Below are positions 8,801 to 18,224 of a stretch of DNA of 64,000 nt, in pieces. How positions within the stretch are numbered: the first letter of the stretch is position 1; every line of letters begins with the position of its first letter. The DNA is from Chloropicon primus (taxonomy: Eukaryota), in NCBI GenBank assembly GCA_023205875.1, contig CP060759.1, positions 62,001 to 126,000 of the forward strand, in the 5' to 3' direction. The position numbers and the translations under genes are program-made. Under the pieces are notes generated by a model. That model was not told the DNA's origin. It was given only the letters and a program-made list of their open reading frames with translations, and ran no database searches.

Positions 8801-10851
8801 AGGATGTGACGGTCATCGACGACGTTTGCTCCATGTTCAGTGATTCCCCAGCCGAAGAGACGCCCGTGTCACTGAAGCTGGCTTGCAGAACTTCCAATGC
8901 TTGTCTTGCGCTCAACACACCGCCGGTCCACAACGCGCTGGAGGACTTGAGTCTCAGCAGAACAGAAGTCAATGTCAGCGTGGCAGCGAGTTTGAACTTT
9001 GAGACGCAAAGCTTTCAGCTCGCCCTCCACGACCCATCTCTGTCGCTTCAGTTCAGGGAATCTCCAGGAGAATCGACCACGGTTTTCCAGGACACAGAAA
9101 TTCTGTTCCACGTCACAACAGACGATGACGAGGGCAAGTGCGTGAAAGTGATCAACGAGGAAGTCACTGTGCTGCTGAACGAGGATTCGCTGACGGGGAC
9201 CTTCCAGCTTGCCGAGTACTTGCTTGAGCACACGAAGAAGTACTTCAAGTCAGAAGCCGGGAAGGGAAGGGGCTCCTCCGCTGCCGAAGGCAGGGATGTG
9301 GCCGCGTACAGAAAACTCAAGATGGAGAGGTTGCGCCTGGAGCAAAAGCTATCGATGGGACCAGATACCCCTTGGGTGATCATTGACGATGCCCTGAGGC
9401 CAAGAAAGGATTCGGACGACAGCATGTCTGATTTCACGGATGTCGAGATAGAGGGCCACTCCTGTATGTACAGTTCGGAGGAGGTGGCGGTTATTGATGA
9501 CTACATTCCCGTTCCGGAGGTCTACGAGGACGAGAGCTTGAACGACGAGGAGCTCTTTGCTAGCCAGGGCTTCCAAAAATCGTTCGGGCATTATCCCGCG
9601 CCCCGATTCCAGTTGATTTCCAAGGTGAAGGCGTTGAACGTTCTCTTCGAGGCATCGAAGACGGCGGTCGCCGAAAGGGACGGGTCAGAAGAGGAGAGGA
9701 GGGAGCCGAGCGTGTACCAAATTCAGTGCAAGCTCGGGGACTCGACCTTCCAATACAGTGTGTTTGGCGGCGGCGAGGACTATGCGTGGCGGACCACCGC
9801 GGCGATCAAGACGATGAGCGTCAAAGAGAGCTTCGAGAACAAGAGCACTTACGCCTTGCACTTGTGGGAGACGGTGCAGCACCCCATCGAAGACAATTCG
9901 TTTGCGCTATCTGCTGCGGTGGACTTGGCGAGGCCCGAGCCGGCCAACCACCTCGAGGACGAGATGAACGTGAAGTTGACGATTCTGCCTCTGAGGGTGC
10001 GCCTGAATCCTAATCTCGTGCACTACTTCGCAGACTTTGCAGCAAAGCTTTCGAGCAAGCTCGCCAACTTTGTGGAGAGCGAGGAAGAGTACTACGACAT
10101 CGTCAGTGAGACTGCGCCGGACACTGTGACCTACGTGAAGACGTGCGACGTTTCCAGCCTGCGCTTGAGGCTGGACTACACCCCCCAGCGCAGCTACTTT
10201 GCGCCCCAATTCCAGAGCAGGAGGGTTCTGATCGACTTGCTGAACTTAGTCCCCTTGCACGGGGTGGAGCTCAGCATGAAGACGGTGCACTCGAAGGACA
10301 TGCTGGGCTTGGGGGCGTGCGTGGAGCAGGTCTTGGGGGAGTGGCTGGAACACGTGGCAAAGTACCAAGCGGGCGAGTTCGTGGTCGGGATCAAGCCCTT
10401 GAAGAGCATCTGCAAGGTGGGGGCTGGAGCGAAGAAGCTCATTACTCTGCCCATGAAGGAGTTCAGAGAGGGAGGGGCCATCACGCACGGGCTGAAGAAG
10501 GGCGCGTCCTCGTTCCTTCACGCCCTCTCCCTCGAAATTCTGCAGCTGGGGGCCAACATCGCGGGGCTTTTGGACGGCGACGAGGAGGGGGCCGATCGGG
10601 ACCAGCCCGCAGACATAAGGCAGGGGCTGAAGCAGGCATCAAGCAGGCTCTCCTCCGGCATGCTGGCCGCGGCGGAGCTCGTTGGTGCGGGGCAGACCTC
10701 CAAGGCCGCCGACCTCAAGGCCGTCGCTGGCGCCACCTTTCGATCCACTGCCGGTGCGATCAAGTGCACTCTCCTCGGAGCCAGGAACTCCCTCGACCCC
10801 GAGAGGTTCCAGAACCAGAAAAAGGAACAGCAAGTCGACCTAAGCTCTTGA
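5806..10851 (+). CDS. ATG2: Autophagy-related protein 2 (chorein-N lipid transfer protein)
   Basis: 1681 aa. N-terminal LGKLLSSDLDLAQLDVQFLNGTVELRDLHLN (chorein_N); LPLRVRLN, LRLDYTP, QPADIRQGLKQA and C-terminal TLLGARNSLDPE. Confidence 0.92.
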   Translation: MISRVLQEWVLKRLYRMVLKPVLGKLLSSDLDLAQLDVQFLNGTVELRDLHLNAAYISEHFSKYGLELEEGYIGHARAEIPYYALSSSQIVLCADTIKLKLVPCDKASEEGEESCSSSSGDAKLFEDAASSVDAGEEEEEEDELWASSSDEEGGGSSSLRRRKSVIMSSIEMVAGGLEDFLQKLKIVCSNVEIELAVCSEEEESIRAKARLGVSLKQLSYETKVWDAESDRAAGEATSSSSAPSSRQITFSGLSVAVGIPAAEAVGDPSGSEEEFHDAIGTPTSASGEEAMAAASGGKSVKLLGSEEGEGLDGFVSIRELRGGDDGEGKTHTSIDVQLGSPVVYIRPNSIEGCIRITNEFSRKTASVEVVADPEGGTSGANEGLQKDMVDSVLFPDCKSIAADILPTLIAKSGDDDLGDAPPEALALASSVEEFFDANSRLTASLSASAYGGAQKVFSTVMKVQQEDKVGEDKRRKNELDMVLHLHIDHVSLDLPFEEYCSHRSKEGTGMFLRLSGLEVVKQKYVSDMEVDVNVAYFGVSCYGAPPPEDSKPAERAMVSGLPNGSTFGENGARITPSIHGRRHLVLTSSFDSGTRTEVQYKPHSMEEDEVGKSSRRGLVQVLLQPFWVMLDDGTLGMLVPKALEWVASIQRVVPNGRNEGAVGAGAGPAKGSKGQAPPFVSLNSEHVRIMGLAPREESGGAKDAMIVDIVNRNVNEKMLSVDCASHIEVEAKLSEVSLSLLPDVGRASNIHRVLHMHESSSAGKSSSSTFRILTVLRGKNESDEEEMCSSAWEYLNERFADDATSTLPRRAKAEDESLKDFYLQERAMSKSQTFVHLSCNEVRARLSVEDCCFLTRFLGAYSSILPPGDGGETKSEPKGNFSMLLETSITLEAQSRSSSDGKDPRLYGVTLDGLRLFGSHSNTFNHSMIHLGAHEVVAFSRMASDTTAIVQVHSKPEEGPCLQVSCAAKKGEKDLNKVVVLLVDVKDVSATVPNFLLEEDVTVIDDVCSMFSDSPAEETPVSLKLACRTSNACLALNTPPVHNALEDLSLSRTEVNVSVAASLNFETQSFQLALHDPSLSLQFRESPGESTTVFQDTEILFHVTTDDDEGKCVKVINEEVTVLLNEDSLTGTFQLAEYLLEHTKKYFKSEAGKGRGSSAAEGRDVAAYRKLKMERLRLEQKLSMGPDTPWVIIDDALRPRKDSDDSMSDFTDVEIEGHSCMYSSEEVAVIDDYIPVPEVYEDESLNDEELFASQGFQKSFGHYPAPRFQLISKVKALNVLFEASKTAVAERDGSEEERREPSVYQIQCKLGDSTFQYSVFGGGEDYAWRTTAAIKTMSVKESFENKSTYALHLWETVQHPIEDNSFALSAAVDLARPEPANHLEDEMNVKLTILPLRVRLNPNLVHYFADFAAKLSSKLANFVESEEEYYDIVSETAPDTVTYVKTCDVSSLRLRLDYTPQRSYFAPQFQSRRVLIDLLNLVPLHGVELSMKTVHSKDMLGLGACVEQVLGEWLEHVAKYQAGEFVVGIKPLKSICKVGAGAKKLITLPMKEFREGGAITHGLKKGASSFLHALSLEILQLGANIAGLLDGDEEGADRDQPADIRQGLKQASSRLSSGMLAAAELVGAGQTSKAADLKAVAGATFRSTAGAIKCTLLGARNSLDPERFQNQKKEQQVDLSS

Positions 10852-10977
10852 CTTCACTTGGTTTTAATCCATCCATCCATCCATCTCTGCTGATCCTACT
10901 CATCGACGAAGTTTAAGTTTTCGCGAGGGGAAATAGGTTTTTTTCGCTTTTGGAGGGAGAGCAGAGCATTGACGACG

Positions 10978-13900
10978 ATGGCCGGCCCGGCCTCCACGAG
11001 CTATGGAAGGGAGGACGACGACGAGCTGGTGGTGCTGTTGGGGGAGGGCGACCTCGAGGCGAAGGCGGAGGTCATCCTGAGACTCTCTCCGCAATCGGAG
11101 GTCGACAAGAAGCGGAAAGCATGTATCCTCCACAAGGTCTACCGTCGGCTCGAAAAGGAAATCAGGAAGCTCACGACGAAGAAGGGGACCAGCACGGGGT
11201 GGGACAACACAATACGGACGACATTGGAGGTGGTGGAGTGGTCCTACGATAGGTACGGCGGGGACGACGTCGGGGAGGATGCGGAGTGGCGGAGGGAGGG
11301 GGAGAGGGAGGTGCCGGGGCTCCTGGCAACGACCCACCGGGTCATCAAGGAGAACGCTTACGTCCGCTCCGATTTCTCAAAGGGAACGACTTGCCTTGTG
11401 ATCCAGCTGCTTCACATCCTGCGCAAGGCCTTTGGTCAGATCCCAGACCCCTCGCTGGACGAAATTTCTCGCTCCTGCCTCAATGGGAGCTTGGTGGAGG
11501 CCGAGTTGGAAACACTCCTGGAGCAGTTCTCGGGCTGTGTGACCTCGCAAGTCTTGTCTTGCCTCTGCTCGATACTCAGGACCGTGGCCGCGTTCACGTG
11601 CACGGTGAAGGAGGCTTGGCAGTGGGTGTCGGAGACGAGGGAGCTGGCCAACTTGGGACCCAAGGAGGCGGCCGCGTGGCGCTTGCTTCTGCTGTCCGTG
11701 ATGAACAGGGTGTTGAAAGACGTCAGGGCGATGGAGCCGGGGAGCGCCTTTGCCCTCTCGGGGTCTTTGGGTGGCATCATCTGCGACGGCTGTGCCAAGT
11801 GGCCCTTCAACAACGGGTTCTGCTTCCTCACTCAAATTTGCATAGACAGGCTCGGCGCCAGCAGCGTCGACTACAAGCCTCGCTTGTTTACTTTTGTGAC
11901 CTCGGATGGCCAGGGGATCGAAGGGTTCTTCGAAGGCCCGTTCCTCGCGGTGGTGTTTCACACGGGGAGGACGGCGAGGTCCGAGGTAGTGCACTTCAAG
12001 CACGCCTTCCGACCCAGGTCGTGGTACTCGGTGGCGATCCAGGTGGAGAAGCCAAGTCTGGTGAAGGGAGGGAAGTCCAAGCTCGCACTGTGGGTGGACG
12101 GAAACCTGATGGACGCCCACAGCGTGGACTACAAGAAGATTCACAAGCCCCTCAGCGCGTTTTGTATTGGCACGAGGCCTCCCGCGATCAGGGGAAACCA
12201 CTCGTTCTTGAGCGACGCGGACGACAGCCTTAGATTCAACTTGAAGGGCTTCCTGGGGCCTGTGCACGTCTACCATCACAACCTTTCCGACTCTTACCTG
12301 AAGAGGATGGTCGGCAACGAGGCGCACTGCCTGCCGAACCATGTGCTCAGGGTAACGAGCACAAGCGCGTTGGGGAGCAGCCTGGGAAGGAGGAGGTCCT
12401 TCAGCGGCGACGCAAAGGGTCTGTTCTCCAATTTACTGGCTTTCTACCATCCTCTCCTGGTCAGGGGATCTGTGTGCCCAAACGCGGTTGGGCTGGACTT
12501 TCACACCCTCTCGGACTCGCGACAAAATCAGGCGCACTTGTCCGCCTCTGTCACGGTCTGCCGCAGGGTCCTCGCCACCTCGAGCTTTGCGGCCTGTGGC
12601 GAGCACATCCCTCGCCTTCTGATCTCCATCCTGAGCGAGAAAGCCTTCTGGAAGGATGACGCAAGGAGCGACACGGAGGACGTCAGTATGGTCGGGATTG
12701 CGTCGCACGTCTTGTCCACACTCGCCTCGGCGTCAATTCCCAGCGGAGGCAGCGAGGAGTACCTCGGGAAAAACTTTCCACTCTTGCTCTCTGGAGTGCT
12801 GCTTCAAGTTGTCGACCGGCTTACCGAGGAGGACAAGTTGGCTGTCGGGGGCATCACAGGTCTCTTGTCCTCCTTGTCAGACTTCATGGACAAGACAAAG
12901 ATATGGAAAGACTTTTGTGAATACCTGCTTTTCAACAGAAGGATCTGGGAGAGTGCTCCGGGCGAGTGCAAGGTCCAAATGATATACATCATAGGTCGCT
13001 ACTGCGAGAGGTTCCCGACAGAGATGCTCGAGATGGGGGTCGCTCAGCCGATATTCTGCTACCTGAGCGAGTGCACGTTTGAGCACAAGAAGCAGAAACT
13101 CACGAAAGAGATCTTCAACGCGACTTACACGGCAGTGGCCAAGTGCATCAAGGTGCTCGTTCTGGAGGGAGGTCCAGGCTTCCTGCAGGAGGTGATCGGG
13201 TCGTGCGTGGCGTACATGTCCTCCCTCAGTTCCACCGTTGAACTGGAACATCTGATCTTGATCTTCGAGGAAATTCTCGGAGAGGCCGGGGGTGAGCTGC
13301 AAAGGATGATCTCCAAGATGCTGATCCAGGAGAAGTTTGTGGAGATCACCCTCAACGTCTTGTCCCTCCAGGATGACAAGAACTCGCAGCATTTTTGCGA
13401 GATGGTCATGGTCCACACCATCCCCCTGTTCAGCAAAATACTCACGTATAGCCAGAGGGAAGCAGAGTCCCAGTTCGCGGAGACTTATTACACGATGTCC
13501 ACTCTGATACGCATGGTAGTGTTCTCGAAGGAGACTTCCTCGTTTGTCGGCAAAAGGGAGTACTGCAGTATCCTCTGTTCTTCCTTGGCAAATCTCGAGG
13601 ACTCGAAGTCTTACAGCAGGGAGCAGGTTCTCTCTGGGACGTGTGTGCTGAAGAACATGATGTTTTTGTCGCCCTTCATTCTTGGTCTTCACAAGCTAGA
13701 ATTTGAGATCCAGGAAGCCATGCTCCATGATCTGACGTTTTTGTTCTGCACCAACGCGGAGAACAGAAGGGTCTTCACGGCTTGGGACGAGTGGTATGTC
13801 AGCATGCTTCTCGTGTACCTGTACGCATGGTCCAACGAGAAGGAGGGCATCATGGACTCGTGCATCAACTTGATTCAAGTGCTTGCTCAGCACGCCTACA

Positions 13901-16900
13901 GAGGACACGGGTTTTTCCTCTTTGCCCACCAGGTTCTTTGCTCCACGCTCGTCTTGAAAACTGACCTGTACAAGGATTACCTCGGTGAGCTGGGGGGTTC
14001 AAACGTCTACGATGAGATTGATGCCATGACAAGCTCAGTCATGAAGCAACTCCTTTCGTTTGCTATGGAGGACTTGATTATCGACCAGAAGCCGAAAGTC
14101 CTGCCAAAGGTCGAGCTCTGCGAATTGAATAGCTTGATCCTTCTGATTTTGATCGATCGGTACTATTCCTTCATGTCCCTGTGTTCAGAGGACGGAGGTC
14201 ACTTTGATATCAGTGTACTGTCAGAATTTGCGAGCCTTGATGATTGGGTGGACGTCAAAGATGCAGCAGCGGCGGAGGGAGGGGGGTCTCTGACTGAGTC
14301 GATGGAGATGGGGCCCAACGAGGTTGCCGGGTTAATCATCCGACAGGTCATTGAGAGGGCTCCTGTGATCCCCGAGAGGAACAAGTTGGATTTGCTTTGT
14401 ACGTACGGTTCCAATCGCATCATTGAGAACGTGCTTGGTGAGCTGGGAAAGATGTTTCACATGAGCCAAAACGTGGACGTCAACATCCTCAACCTAGCCC
14501 TGAAGAACTTGGAAATTCTCCTCAAGAAGGAAAACATAGTGAAGCACATCCATCGAGATAGGGCGTCACATCTTATTTTGGTGCCCCTCACCCGACTCAT
14601 TCTGGTGTCGTTGAGACTGAGTACCCCGGAGCAAAAAGCGGACTTGTATCACCTTGCTTTCCTGGAGAAGCTTGTTTCCAACATCTTGTCCGATAGCAGT
14701 GATATGTGTCAGGCGATTTCGTTTGCGCTTACAGTAATCATCTACGAGGAGGTGATCCTTTCGTTGGAAGACTCTGGCTATCCCCTCAAAGAGGTTCTGG
14801 TGATCCTGATGAAGCTCGTACAGAAGTGGCAGACGCTGCTTCAAGACAACCTTCTCCAAGACTCGCAGAAAGCGAGGCGAATTCACGAGAACACAAAGAT
14901 CAACTCTCTGCCAGCTCCCTTGCTGTTGGCGCAGCAAAACTTGCTTTCCATCAGTTCTGGAGCGATCAAGAAGACTTTGGATGACGTTTTGGTGGTCCAA
15001 AAATCTGTCCTGGGAAGCACGGAGCTGAGCGCGGCTCTGAACAATCTGCTGACGACGCACGAGATCAAGCAAACGTACCACTTTCACGAAACCTTCCTGA
15101 GCAGAATTTTTCTGGATATGGACAAGGGCGTCCTGCTCAAGGAGTCTGTGGTGAAGGCGTTGGCAAACATTGTGAAGGAGAAGAAATCTCAGAACTCTGC
15201 GACGCTGCACCAAATGGAGCTTGCCAATCAAGAGAAGCTTGAGCTGTCAACCACTCTCCTCTTGAAGCTCTTGAAGAAAACTTCATTCGTGGAGCAGTCT
15301 TCCTACGCTTCAGTCTCCGAGGAACTCCGGGATGGCCAAAACAATTGGAAGGTTGAAAAGGTGGAGAACTCCTGCAGAAAGAGAAGTCGGCTCACGCTGT
15401 GCACGAAGAAAGCTGACTATCAGCCAGCGAGCGAGAAAGCAGCAGCCAAGGAAGACAAGAGCATAATGAATCTGTCGAACCTCCTGCCAGTCTACAAAGG
15501 AGTGCCTTTCTTTGAGGACGAGGAGGATGAGGATGGGTCACAAAGCGGCAACTCGAGTCCGCGGAGTACATCCGTCTTGACGTCCCCAGGAGGAACCCAG
15601 AGAGGCCTCGAAGAGAGGAAGAACTTGAAATTTGAAGCTTTTGCGCTTCTGGTCACCCCCAAGGGAACGAGTTTGGGCTGGATAGACATATGTAAGAACT
15701 CCGTTTTCTTTACTTACGTCGACACAGAAGAGGAAATAGCAGTCTACGAGGAAGAGGGGAAAACTCTGCCAATGTCCTACATGAGGTCCTTCGTGAACGA
15801 GGAGAGCGTCCACAAAGAGAAATCCTTGGAATGGGATTTGGATTCGCTGAGCCTCATTTTGGTTCGGCGCTACTGCCTCAGGAGGAGCGCCATCGAAATG
15901 TTTCATGCAGATCGAACAAGCTACTTTTTTGACTTCGGCAGCCCTGACCTGAGGCAGAAAGCTTATCAGGTGCTTGTCTCGATGAAGCCCCAAAATTTGC
16001 ACCCTTTGTGTTACCACTCTCAAAATCCTGAGAAGCTTGTCAAGAAATCAGAGATAACGGAGCAGTGGGTGAGGCGTGAGATCTCGAACTTCGAGTACTT
16101 GATGCACTTGAACACCTTTGCTGGTCGATCCTACAACGACATCACTCAGTACCCAGTCTTTCCTTGGGTTTTGAGTGACTACAAGAGCGAAAAGATAGAC
16201 TTGAATGACGCGAGCGTTTTCCGCGATCTGTCGAGGCCCGTTGGCGCGTTGAACGAAGAGCGACTGAAAAAGTTTGTCGAGAGGTACAACTCGTTTGAGG
16301 ACGAGATCATGCCAAAGTTTCACTACGGCTCGCACTACTCTTCCTCGGGTATTGTCTTGTACTACCTGCTCAGGCTCGAGCCCTTCGCAGGGCTGGCAGT
16401 ATCCCTGCAGGGGGGGAAGTTCGACCATGCAGACAGGTTGTTCGACGATCTGCCGGGGACTTGGGAAGGCGTTCTCAGTGACATGTCGGACGTGAAGGAG
16501 TTGATCCCCGAATTTTACTACTGTCCTGAAATTCTGAGGAATGTAAACAACTTCAATCTGGGTACGAGGCAGGACGGAAAAGTGCTGGGGGATGTCTCCT
16601 TGCCGCCGTGGGCGTCCGACGCGGCTGACTTCATTTCGAAGCACCAGCAAGCGCTTGAGAGTGAGTACGTTAGCAGCCACCTCCACGAGTGGATTGACTT
16701 GGTTTTTGGCTGCAAGCAGCGCGGAGAACAAGCCGTTGAGGCTTGCAATGTCTTCTTCTACATGACGTACGAAGGTCAGGTCGACATTGACGCTATAACT
16801 GACCCCATGCAGCAGAAGGCGGCACTGGATCAAATCGCGCACTTTGGTCAGACGCCATATCAGCTCTTCAAGGCAGGGCACCCATGCCGGATGCCGATAG

Positions 16901-18153
16901 AGGAGTGCATTTGTCCCCTGTTCGCCACACCAGCAGCAGTGAAATCGTATGAAGTGGATGCGGGCAACAGCGAGAGGACGTCAATAGGGCAGATGAGACT
17001 GACGAATGAATCGATTGTGATGATGAGCTCCTTGTATCCGTACCAAGTGACAGTCATGGACTTTCAAGCGAACACTCCGGACAGCTCGGGTCTTCCGTTC
17101 AGCGGGAAGTCAAAGGCAAAAGCATTCACAGCAATTTCGACGCTCACCCGGAAGCTTTCGGCAGTGACCAACTTGCTTGACTCTGGATTAAGTGCGTGGT
17201 CCTCGGGGCTGGATATGAACTTGAATTTCAAGGACTGCACTGCGATATCTGAGGACGGCCGTTACATTTTCAGCTGCGGGTACCTCGACTACACGATACG
17301 GTTCTGTGACAGTCACAGCGGAAGATCAATCGAAGTGCTGAGAGGCATGGTGCAACCTACTTGCCTGAAGCTTTCCCAGTGCGGCTCAATACTTGTAGTA
17401 GGGTTCAGAAACTCCACCGTGGGTGTGTGGGTAGTCCAGCCGGGCTTGAAGTCCGCCACGGAAAAAGTGAGTGGCATGACGAGCAACATGGATAGCTTCT
17501 TCTTTAACAGCGTCTCTTTCGCGGACTGGCTGTTGAAAGAGAAGAGGGATGACCTAGGCTACCAGAACTTGGTCTTTGTCAACACCCTGTCCTTCTGTTG
17601 TGGCGCCGTAAGGTGCGTCGACGTGAATACCGATTTGGACACCGTAGTGGCATTGACGTACGAAAGGGAGCTCATTTACCACAGCCTCTCGAAGTCCACG
17701 TTCACAAAAGTGAACGACGTCGAAGCGGACAGTGTCATGATATCCAACGAGAATTTCGTGGTGGCCACGAATCCTAAGAATGGCAGCGTCAGTTGTTTCT
17801 CCATGAACGGGCTCTTGCTGCGAACGATCACCGTCCCTACCCTCAGCCACTTGGAGCCACAGGCTATGTCGAACCGGGGGAAATACCTCGCTCTGAGCGG
17901 ATCAATCCCAAACAAGGCCGACAAAGTCTGCAAAGTTCTCGTGTACAATTTGTTGTCCATGGAGCTCACGTTCGAGCACGATCTGGAAAACTTCGTGGCA
18001 AGCTGCGCTTTCAGCAGCGATGACACCAACCTAGTCGCCGTCCTTGATGCAGGAGAAGTGATGGTGTTCACGGACCCGGCCACAAGCTTGAAGCTCGTTG
18101 ATCAAATGCTGAGACTTGGTTGGCAAGAGAGTGGCCTCGAGGCTCTGCAGTAA
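10978..18153 (+). CDS. BEACH-domain protein (ConA-like, PH, BEACH, WD40; neurobeachin-like)
   Basis: About 2390 aa. RRYCLRRSAIEMF (PH), WVRREISNFEYLMHLNTFAGRSYNDITQYPVFPWVL, HYGSHYS, VKELIPEFYY, WIDLVFG, FGQTP, then WD repeats. Confidence 0.95.
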   Translation: MAGPASTSYGREDDDELVVLLGEGDLEAKAEVILRLSPQSEVDKKRKACILHKVYRRLEKEIRKLTTKKGTSTGWDNTIRTTLEVVEWSYDRYGGDDVGEDAEWRREGEREVPGLLATTHRVIKENAYVRSDFSKGTTCLVIQLLHILRKAFGQIPDPSLDEISRSCLNGSLVEAELETLLEQFSGCVTSQVLSCLCSILRTVAAFTCTVKEAWQWVSETRELANLGPKEAAAWRLLLLSVMNRVLKDVRAMEPGSAFALSGSLGGIICDGCAKWPFNNGFCFLTQICIDRLGASSVDYKPRLFTFVTSDGQGIEGFFEGPFLAVVFHTGRTARSEVVHFKHAFRPRSWYSVAIQVEKPSLVKGGKSKLALWVDGNLMDAHSVDYKKIHKPLSAFCIGTRPPAIRGNHSFLSDADDSLRFNLKGFLGPVHVYHHNLSDSYLKRMVGNEAHCLPNHVLRVTSTSALGSSLGRRRSFSGDAKGLFSNLLAFYHPLLVRGSVCPNAVGLDFHTLSDSRQNQAHLSASVTVCRRVLATSSFAACGEHIPRLLISILSEKAFWKDDARSDTEDVSMVGIASHVLSTLASASIPSGGSEEYLGKNFPLLLSGVLLQVVDRLTEEDKLAVGGITGLLSSLSDFMDKTKIWKDFCEYLLFNRRIWESAPGECKVQMIYIIGRYCERFPTEMLEMGVAQPIFCYLSECTFEHKKQKLTKEIFNATYTAVAKCIKVLVLEGGPGFLQEVIGSCVAYMSSLSSTVELEHLILIFEEILGEAGGELQRMISKMLIQEKFVEITLNVLSLQDDKNSQHFCEMVMVHTIPLFSKILTYSQREAESQFAETYYTMSTLIRMVVFSKETSSFVGKREYCSILCSSLANLEDSKSYSREQVLSGTCVLKNMMFLSPFILGLHKLEFEIQEAMLHDLTFLFCTNAENRRVFTAWDEWYVSMLLVYLYAWSNEKEGIMDSCINLIQVLAQHAYRGHGFFLFAHQVLCSTLVLKTDLYKDYLGELGGSNVYDEIDAMTSSVMKQLLSFAMEDLIIDQKPKVLPKVELCELNSLILLILIDRYYSFMSLCSEDGGHFDISVLSEFASLDDWVDVKDAAAAEGGGSLTESMEMGPNEVAGLIIRQVIERAPVIPERNKLDLLCTYGSNRIIENVLGELGKMFHMSQNVDVNILNLALKNLEILLKKENIVKHIHRDRASHLILVPLTRLILVSLRLSTPEQKADLYHLAFLEKLVSNILSDSSDMCQAISFALTVIIYEEVILSLEDSGYPLKEVLVILMKLVQKWQTLLQDNLLQDSQKARRIHENTKINSLPAPLLLAQQNLLSISSGAIKKTLDDVLVVQKSVLGSTELSAALNNLLTTHEIKQTYHFHETFLSRIFLDMDKGVLLKESVVKALANIVKEKKSQNSATLHQMELANQEKLELSTTLLLKLLKKTSFVEQSSYASVSEELRDGQNNWKVEKVENSCRKRSRLTLCTKKADYQPASEKAAAKEDKSIMNLSNLLPVYKGVPFFEDEEDEDGSQSGNSSPRSTSVLTSPGGTQRGLEERKNLKFEAFALLVTPKGTSLGWIDICKNSVFFTYVDTEEEIAVYEEEGKTLPMSYMRSFVNEESVHKEKSLEWDLDSLSLILVRRYCLRRSAIEMFHADRTSYFFDFGSPDLRQKAYQVLVSMKPQNLHPLCYHSQNPEKLVKKSEITEQWVRREISNFEYLMHLNTFAGRSYNDITQYPVFPWVLSDYKSEKIDLNDASVFRDLSRPVGALNEERLKKFVERYNSFEDEIMPKFHYGSHYSSSGIVLYYLLRLEPFAGLAVSLQGGKFDHADRLFDDLPGTWEGVLSDMSDVKELIPEFYYCPEILRNVNNFNLGTRQDGKVLGDVSLPPWASDAADFISKHQQALESEYVSSHLHEWIDLVFGCKQRGEQAVEACNVFFYMTYEGQVDIDAITDPMQQKAALDQIAHFGQTPYQLFKAGHPCRMPIEECICPLFATPAAVKSYEVDAGNSERTSIGQMRLTNESIVMMSSLYPYQVTVMDFQANTPDSSGLPFSGKSKAKAFTAISTLTRKLSAVTNLLDSGLSAWSSGLDMNLNFKDCTAISEDGRYIFSCGYLDYTIRFCDSHSGRSIEVLRGMVQPTCLKLSQCGSILVVGFRNSTVGVWVVQPGLKSATEKVSGMTSNMDSFFFNSVSFADWLLKEKRDDLGYQNLVFVNTLSFCCGAVRCVDVNTDLDTVVALTYERELIYHSLSKSTFTKVNDVEADSVMISNENFVVATNPKNGSVSCFSMNGLLLRTITVPTLSHLEPQAMSNRGKYLALSGSIPNKADKVCKVLVYNLLSMELTFEHDLENFVASCAFSSDDTNLVAVLDAGEVMVFTDPATSLKLVDQMLRLGWQESGLEALQ

Positions 18154-18224
18154 TCTATTTTTTTGAGTAAATGTAAATTATGTACAAAAAGCAAGCTGGA
18201 TGATGAACTAGAGCCCGAACCCCA

